Shown piece after piece: positions 57,802 through 64,000 of a stretch of 64,000 bases of DNA. The position numbers were made by a program, and so were the translations under genes. The notes beneath the pieces are model-generated. The model worked only from the letters and a program-made list of their open reading frames with translations, did no database searches and had not been told where the DNA came from. Location: the NCBI GenBank assembly GCA_963758295.1, contig CAVWUU010000004.1, forward strand, positions 672,001 to 736,000. Direction: 5' to 3'. Positions within the stretch are counted from its first letter, which is position 1. Each line of letters begins with the position of its first letter. The DNA comes from Candidatus Eremiobacteria bacterium. Its GTDB lineage: Bacteria; Vulcanimicrobiota; Vulcanimicrobiia; Vulcanimicrobiales; Vulcanimicrobiaceae.

Positions 57802-58692
57802 TCAGCTCGCTTGCGCCGAGGGGTGGAGAAGTTCTTCGCCAACGACGTGGCCGAGCGCGACGCTATCGTCCGCCCGAAGCACGCGGCGGGCTTCACGCAG
57901 TTGCGTCGTGACCTTTGCGTCGATGGTGCCGGCGTCGGTTTCCATGACAACGCCGCCGCGATCTACGCGCTTATCTTCAACGATGCGAAGCTGCTCGATG
58001 TCGCTGACTGAAACGATGGCATCCCGATGTTGGCGCATCGTTTCCAGGTCGGCCGGATTCACGCGCAACGTGACTACTTCGCGGCTCACCAGGCGCGTAA
58101 GCGCGCTGCGCACGTTCTCGACGACGACGTTGGGATCGATCGTTATTTGCTCGTGCACGATGCGCTCTGCAATCGCCATCGCCAAGCGAACGAGTTCCGG
58201 CTCCGCTGATTCAAAGACGTAACGGCGATTATCGCGCGTTTCAACCAGCAGGCCGTGCAACGTCCCGATCATTTCGCTCATCTGCGCGTCGGCCGCATTC
58301 TTTCCAACGTCGAAACCCGCATCGTACCCGCGGGTCCGCGCTTGCGCTTCGAGCGACTGCGCACGCGCTTCGGCTTGTTCGATGAGTTCCGTCGCGGAGC
58401 GCTGAGCTTGTTCGATCATCCGCTGAGCGTCGGCGGCCGCACGGTCGACGATTGCTTCGGCATCGGCGCGAACCTGATCCCAGTCGATTTGCGGTTCGGC
58501 AACCGGAAGCGGCTCGGGCGCAGCCGGCGCGAAGCTCGAAGCGAATGCCGCGTCTTCGTCAAAAGCCAACGGCGCAGCAAAGCGACCGTCGAGCTCGCCG
58601 GGAAATGCCGGCGGCTCTATGCCGTTTTCAACGCGCGGAACGGCGACCACGTATTTGCCGCCGACGTTTCCGCTTTTGACTATTTTACCCAA
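57802..58692 (-). CDS. fliH: Flagellar export protein FliH
   Basis: GYDAGFDVG repeats, RVNPAD, GGVV.ETD.G.IDA. Confidence 0.92.
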   Translation of the reverse strand: MGKIVKSGNVGGKYVVAVPRVENGIEPPAFPGELDGRFAAPLAFDEDAAFASSFAPAAPEPLPVAEPQIDWDQVRADAEAIVDRAAADAQRMIEQAQRSATELIEQAEARAQSLEAQARTRGYDAGFDVGKNAADAQMSEMIGTLHGLLVETRDNRRYVFESAEPELVRLAMAIAERIVHEQITIDPNVVVENVRSALTRLVSREVVTLRVNPADLETMRQHRDAIVSVSDIEQLRIVEDKRVDRGGVVMETDAGTIDAKVTTQLREARRVLRADDSVALGHVVGEELLHPSAQAS

Positions 58693-58695
58693 GCG

Positions 58696-59787
58696 CTAGA
58701 CCAGCCGTTCGTCTTTCGCACCGCGAGCAATGACGATCTGGCCATTCTCTTCGAGCGTGCGAATGACGTCGACGATCTGCTGCTGCGATTTTCCGACATC
58801 ACGCATGCGCGTCGGACCGAGCAACTCGATCTCTTCCTTGAGCGTAGCACCGGCGCGCGACGACATGTTCTTGTAGATGCGCGCAAGCAGTTCTTCGTTG
58901 GCAACCTTGAGGGCGAGCGCCAGATCCTTGCCTTCCACTTCCTTGAGGATGCGCTGGATCGAACGGTCGTCGAGATTGATGATGTCTTCGAAGACGAAGA
59001 GCAGGTTCTTGACGTCTTGCGCGAGTTCGGGGTCGCGCTTGGTCAAGCCGTCGAGAATGTTCTTCTCCGTTTCGCGATCGACGAAGTTCATCACGTTCGC
59101 CAGCGATTGCACGCCGCCGGCCTTCGCGAAGTCCGCGCCGCTCACGAGCAGGCGGCGCCCAAGCAATTCGTCGAGCTGTTCCAAAACTTCGGGAGCCGTC
59201 TTCTGCAGAATGGCGATACGCATAGCGACTTCCGCCTGCAGATCCGGAGGCAGCGCGGAAAGCACGGCACCGGCCTGTTCGGCGGCCATGTACACGAGAA
59301 TCAGCGCGATCGTCTGCGGATGTTCGTCTTGAATGAACTGCAGCAGTTGCGCCGGCTCGGTCTTTTTGATGAGTTCGAGCGGATTACCGTGCTTGAGCGC
59401 GGCGAAGAGCCGGCTCGTCATGTCGTCGGCCTGCCCCGCGCCGAAGCTACGCTCCAGGATCTCCTTCGCGTATTCGATTCCGCCTTCGTTGATGTACTTC
59501 AGCGCGATAGCGCGCTGGTACGCTTCTTGAATGACGGAGTCGCGCTTTTCGATCGGAACCGTCGTGATCTTGGCGATCTCGAGGACGATGCGTTCGACTT
59601 CATCTTGACGCAAGAACTTGAAGATCGTCGCCGAGAGCTCCAGTCCAAGCGTGATTAGGAGAATCGCTGCTTTTTCGGGACCGGAAATCTCGATTTGCGG
59701 CGACTCCGGCAGCATGCCGAACGGCGGTTCGGGCATGCCCATGCCCAGTTCGCCGAACGAGGAAAGGTTTACGATAGGTGATTCCAT
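58696..59787 (-). CDS. fliG: Flagellar motor switch protein FliG
   Basis: KAAILL, GGIEYA, EHPQTIAL, GGV, FVFED, NMSSRA. Confidence 0.96.
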   Translation of the reverse strand: MESPIVNLSSFGELGMGMPEPPFGMLPESPQIEISGPEKAAILLITLGLELSATIFKFLRQDEVERIVLEIAKITTVPIEKRDSVIQEAYQRAIALKYINEGGIEYAKEILERSFGAGQADDMTSRLFAALKHGNPLELIKKTEPAQLLQFIQDEHPQTIALILVYMAAEQAGAVLSALPPDLQAEVAMRIAILQKTAPEVLEQLDELLGRRLLVSGADFAKAGGVQSLANVMNFVDRETEKNILDGLTKRDPELAQDVKNLLFVFEDIINLDDRSIQRILKEVEGKDLALALKVANEELLARIYKNMSSRAGATLKEEIELLGPTRMRDVGKSQQQIVDVIRTLEENGQIVIARGAKDERLV

Positions 59788-59799
59788 GTCGCGCCTCTC

Positions 59800-61471
59800 C
59801 TATTCAGCGAGCCAAAGTTTGACGAGTTTTGCGATGCTGTCCGGATTCTCTTGAGCGACGGTCGTTACGTATTCGATCATCTGCTCGCGCGTCAGATCGG
59901 CTGCGGAACGAATCGGCGCGGCGATTCCCGGAGCCCCATCGAGAATTGGATGTTCTTCGAAGGGCGGAAGCTCTTCCGCGAGCGACGTGTCGAACGACGG
60001 CAGGTCGCTGGTTGGCGCGAACCGCGAACGGCGGGTGCGCATCGCCAGGAAGCCGACGCCGGCGAGTAAGCCGATGCCACCGAGCGCGATCAGTGCCCAA
60101 AGCGGAACGCCCAGGACGGTCGTCGTGTTCGACGACGTTGCGCTTACCGGCAGAACCGCGGGATTGAAGGGCACGGCTTCGACGGAAACTTGGTCGCCCT
60201 GCGCCAGATTCAAGCCGGCAGCGGCAATCACGACGTTCCGGATCTGCTGCACGTTTGCCGGCGTTAACTGATATGCGGCCGCGGCCGGGGCATTGGTGCC
60301 TGCCGGCGTGCCGGGCGGTGCAGTCCACGAGCACGGCGACGCTGGTTTGCAACACTTTGCCCGGCGCGTCGATGTGCTTGATGTTCTGCTCGGAGATATC
60401 GTAGTTCGTCGTCGATTTCGACTTGTTGTAGCGGCCGTTCGCCGTTTGCTGCTGCGCCGCTTGATACGTGCCGATGTTGCTTGTCGTTCCGGGCACACCG
60501 ATTGCCGGCTGGCGCACGGGCTGCGTTCCGTTATACGACTCGCGTTCGGATTGCGACGAAAGCACGGTGCCTTGCGGCGCGTAAACTTTGCTCTCCGTCG
60601 AGTTCGCGTCGAAATCCATTTTCGTGGAAACGCGCGCAACGGCACGCCTCTTCCCGAGCGTGTCATCGAGCATCGACTGGATGCTTTGCTGTAGCGTTGA
60701 TTCGTAACGCTGCTTCGCAAGGAGCTGTTCTTGCGTCATCTTCAGCGCGTCGGGCTGCAAGGGATCGTTGCCGTCGCCCGTTGCGCCGGCGCCGGGAAGA
60801 AGAATCTGGCCGTCTTGATTGACGATCGTGACGTTTTCCGGTTTGAGGCCGTCGACCGCGTTAGCGACGAGCGCGGTGATGCCTTTGACCTGCGAGGGCG
60901 AAAGCGCTTGGCCGACTTTCGTTTTGACCGCGACCGAAGCGGTGGTCGGTTCTTGCGTGGACGAGTAGAGCGCCTGTTCCGGCGTCGCAATTGCAACGCG
61001 GGAACTTTCGACCGGATCGAGTCCGTCGATGGTGCGTTGCAGCTCGCCTTCGATGGCCCGCGTCTTATCGAGTTTCTCTTGGAACTCCGTCATGCCGAAG
61101 TTCGTCTTGTCGAAAAGCTCGAAGCCCGTGCTGCCGCCTTTGAGCAAATTCGAACCGGCGATTGCTACGCGTTCATCGCTGACGTTCGCCGCCGGCACGT
61201 ACACCGTTTTTCCGTCAGTTGAAAGCTTGTACGGAACCTTGTCGTCTTTGAGGCGCTGCGTTACGGACGCCGCATCCTCCGACGAGAGATTTGAAAACAG
61301 CGTTGCGTAGCTGGGTTGACGGCCGAAGTAAAGCCACGCCATCGCCAGAAGACCCAGGAGAACAGCAGAAATTCCCGCCATCGCTAAGATGCGACTTTGA
61401 CGGTTCTGCGATTCCCACATCGCCTGAAGGCGGCCAGCAAGACCGGACCAGATCGATTGAAGACGATCCAC
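59800..61471 (-). CDS. fliF: Flagellar MS-ring protein FliF (indel near 60320; start uncertain)
   Basis: GFELFDK..FGMTEF, RA.EGEL.RTI, PTTASV, LVANAV.GL...NVTIV; second TM and C-terminal KLWL in the shifted frame. Confidence 0.93.
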
Positions 61472-61579
61472 GCCTATGTTTATCCAATTCTCTCCACGCC
61501 GGCCATGGCTGCAACGTTGGACTTCCTTGCCCAACGCGGGAGTGGTCCCGTTCTTAGAACGACAGACTACTTATCCCGA

Positions 61580-61606
61580 ATATCGGTCGCGTTTCAGTTG
61601 GCTTTA
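61580..61606 (-). promoter_or_regulatory. Sigma28-like promoter upstream of fliF
   Basis: TAAA-N15-ACCGATAT, one mismatch from TAAA-N15-GCCGATAT. Confidence 0.7.
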
Positions 61607-61651
61607 ATATGGCTAGCTTGGGTTAAGAAAAAGTTCACGCAAGCTGCTTGC

Positions 61652-62905
61652 TTAGCGAGCCAATTGCGAACGCTCCCGTCCTACGCTCACCAATTCGACC
61701 GGGACGCTTAGTAACTCTTCTAGGCGGGCGACATAACGCTGGGCCGCTTCAGGCAACGCTTCAATGGTGCGCACGTCACCGATCGGCTCGCTCCAGCCTT
61801 CCATTTCTTCCACGACCACTTCCAGATCGGGCGCCCCCGCCGCCGAAAAATCGACGTCCGCGCCGCGCAATTTATATCCCGTGACGATACCGATTCGCTC
61901 GAACCCCGAAAGCACGTCTAACTTCGTGATGGCGAGGCCCGTGAGCCCGTTGACGCGCACCGCATACCGCCCGGCGACGGCGTCGAACCATCCGCAGCGG
62001 CGCGGACGGCCGGTAACGGTGCCGAACTCGCCCCCGCTGCGCCGCAGCGCTTCGCCACGCTCGTCATGCAATTCCGACGGGAACGGACCTGCGCCGACGC
62101 GCGTACAGTACGCTTTCACGACGCCCGTCACGCGGTCCACTTGCGTGGGCCCAATGCCAAGGCCGATGCATGCGCCGCCGGCTATCGTGTGCGAGCTGGT
62201 TACATACGGATACGTTCCGAAACCGACGTCGAGCAGCGATCCTTGCGCGCCCTCGACGAGGATCCTTTTGCCGCCCTCGAGCCGTTCGTGAATCCAGTCC
62301 ACTCCATCAACGATGTGCGGACGAAGGCGTTCCGCCGCATCGAGCGTCGCGCCAATGACGTCGGCTTCGCTCGGAACGGACTCGCCGTCGAGCGCGCGCA
62401 CGCGCGTTAAATTCATACGGACGCGCTCGGCAAGCGCTTCACGCCGTGCAAGATCGCCGAACGTGATGCCGCTGCGGGCAACTTTGTCCACGTAGGCCGG
62501 TCCGATTCCACGTCCCGTCGTACCGATCGCCTGCGAACCGCGGGCGCGTTCGTTCGCGCGATCCTGCGCCGCATGGTAGGGAAAAACGATGTGAGCCCGG
62601 TCAGAAATCTTCACGCGCGATGTGTCGACGCCGATTTGGCTCAAGCGGTCGAGTTCATCGAGCAGTCCCTGCAAGCTGACGACGGTGCCCCCGCCGATGA
62701 ACAGCTCGACGTGCGGATTGAGCACGCCCGACGGAACGATGCGCAACGCTACGTCCGTTTCGCCGACTTTGATCTGATGGCCGGCGTTGTCACCGCCGCC
62801 GAAACGCGCAACGACGTCGTAGTCGGCAGCATACAGATCGACGATGCGTCCTTTGCCTTCATCGCCCCACTGAATGCCTACGATGATATCCGCTTTACTG
62901 CTCAC
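61652..62905 (-). CDS. purA: Adenylosuccinate synthetase
   Basis: QWGDEGKG, GG.NAGH, IGTTGRGIGPAY, EGAQG, YPYVTSS, TGRPRRCGW, TKLDVL; likely GTG start at 62905. Confidence 0.97.
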   Translation of the reverse strand: MSSKADIIVGIQWGDEGKGRIVDLYAADYDVVARFGGGDNAGHQIKVGETDVALRIVPSGVLNPHVELFIGGGTVVSLQGLLDELDRLSQIGVDTSRVKISDRAHIVFPYHAAQDRANERARGSQAIGTTGRGIGPAYVDKVARSGITFGDLARREALAERVRMNLTRVRALDGESVPSEADVIGATLDAAERLRPHIVDGVDWIHERLEGGKRILVEGAQGSLLDVGFGTYPYVTSSHTIAGGACIGLGIGPTQVDRVTGVVKAYCTRVGAGPFPSELHDERGEALRRSGGEFGTVTGRPRRCGWFDAVAGRYAVRVNGLTGLAITKLDVLSGFERIGIVTGYKLRGADVDFSAAGAPDLEVVVEEMEGWSEPIGDVRTIEALPEAAQRYVARLEELLSVPVELVSVGRERSQLAR

Positions 62906-63014
62906 GACGGGGGTGGTTTGGCGGCGATGTTCTCCCAGCCTCTCGAAGGGCGGGGCGTCGAACCTTGCGGGCGACAAACCGAAACCTCGGGGTCCGTCCG
63001 GCGTACCTGGCAAT

Positions 63015-64000
63015 ATGATGGGCTTCGTTCTCGCCGGCGTTGTTGCTGCAGCGGCTACTGCTTCCTCGCCGGCACCGGCAGACCGTTTAGCCGCCGCCCG
63101 CACAAATATCACGGTTAATTCGACACTCGGGGGACCGGGAGCAGCGCTTCTTACTCGAGCCGCGCGAACCGCGCGCTACGTGATGCTTGGGGAAGAACAC
63201 GGGACCCGTGAAATCGCGCGTTTAGCCGACGCAATGGACGCGATTCTTCAGCCGTTGGGCTACGATACCGTCGCGGTCGAAACGGGACCGCTTGCGACCT
63301 CACACCTCCAGCGCTTCGTCTCAGAACCTAATGGCGCAAACGATCTGGCTGCGTTCGAACGACGTTTTCCGGGAACGACCGCATTCTATACGTGGCAAGA
63401 TGAGTTCACGTTTCTCCAACATGCGGCAGCGCGCTCCGGCTCACACTTCGCGCTTTGGGGCCTCGATCAAGAGTTGATGGGTTCGCCGGGCTTCATTCTC
63501 AATTCCATTCTCCAAACGCATCCCGGCCCAAATTCGACGGCACTCGTTCGTTCGATGCTTGGCGAGAACGAACGCGACTGGAAGAGAGCCGCGCAAACAG
63601 GAGCGCCGCCCGATACGTATTTGATGCAAGCACAAGAGTCGACGTTTGCGGGGTTGCTCGCGAGCCTTAGGCATGACGGAAACCCGAAGGCGATCGCGAT
63701 GGCGCAAGCGCTGCTCGATACGTACCGGATCTACGTGAACTGCTGCAACGAGAACGCTCGCACGTCGAATCGCGATCGTGCAATTCTCATGAAGCAAACT
63801 TACGTGTCGTACGCCCGAAGCCAAGGGGACGCGAACCGGCACATTTTTTTCAAGTTCGGCGAAGAGCACCTATACCGCGGAATCAACCCGCTCGATAATA
63901 ACGATCTCGGCAACTTCATGACGGAGACGGCCGATGCGCTGGGCACGACCGACCTGCACGTGCTTGCGCTGGGAATCTCGGGCCGGCAAACGGCATTCGC
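63015..64000 (+). CDS. Exported protein of the erythromycin esterase/TraB/ChaN-like superfamily (runs off window)
   Basis: Manual translation: signal-like MMGFVLAGVVAAAA, then VMLGEEHG, GYDTVAVE.GP, WGLDQE, FFKFGEEH; not in the ORF track. Confidence 0.6.
   Translation, partial: MMGFVLAGVVAAAATASSPAPADRLAAARTNITVNSTLGGPGAALLTRAARTARYVMLGEEHGTREIARLADAMDAILQPLGYDTVAVETGPLATSHLQRFVSEPNGANDLAAFERRFPGTTAFYTWQDEFTFLQHAAARSGSHFALWGLDQELMGSPGFILNSILQTHPGPNSTALVRSMLGENERDWKRAAQTGAPPDTYLMQAQESTFAGLLASLRHDGNPKAIAMAQALLDTYRIYVNCCNENARTSNRDRAILMKQTYVSYARSQGDANRHIFFKFGEEHLYRGINPLDNNDLGNFMTETADALGTTDLHVLALGISGRQTAF

Noticed and set aside
936..61471. Pseudogenes or programmed frameshifts in hslO, mutS2, gatA, rlmD, cheA, fliY, fliM, motB, fliF and the BVMO
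   Set aside because: Small indels are scattered through otherwise intact genes, including essential gatA, with all motifs preserved. This fits sequencing or consensus error; read polishing would confirm.
62906..63112. Extended purA N-terminus or an RNA gene upstream of purA
   Set aside because: The extension overlaps the divergent gene starting at 63015, and I could not recognise a tRNA cloverleaf or riboswitch.

Overview
GC-rich bacterial chromosome segment. It has a Terrabacteria-style flagellar gene order and a GAAC-N4-GTTC SOS box; Vulcanimicrobiota/Eremiobacterota is my guess, not a tested assignment. Many conserved genes carry small indel frameshifts that look like long-read consensus errors. 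In order, the window holds: housekeeping genes (hup, aroQ, hslO, tyrS, mutS2, gatCAB, rlmD); an SOS-controlled imuA-imuB-dnaE2 mutagenesis cassette with an extra T5orf172/GIY-YIG-like gene; a BlaI/BlaR1-type regulator pair whose sensor is a pentapeptide-repeat domain; and a roughly 36 kb flagellar/chemotaxis cluster (fliF to cheW). The cluster is broken by a Vgb-like lipoprotein gene plus a 1.1 kb palindromic tandem array, and by trpE...trpG-trpL-aroF with an esterase/SDR/BVMO island between trpE and trpG. purA and a truncated Ere/TraB-like gene end the window. Main highlights: (1) a 32-bp palindromic repeat family at five loci, forming a 49/96-bp tandem array, with one 80-bp dimer inserted in frame inside dnaE2; (2) a nuclease-like gene translationally coupled within the mutasome operon; (3) an unannotated WWW leader-peptide attenuator between trpG and aroF; (4) the BlaR1-pentapeptide sensor with a paralogous secreted partner and candidate operators; (5) recurring sigma28-like promoters in front of the flagellar sub-blocks.
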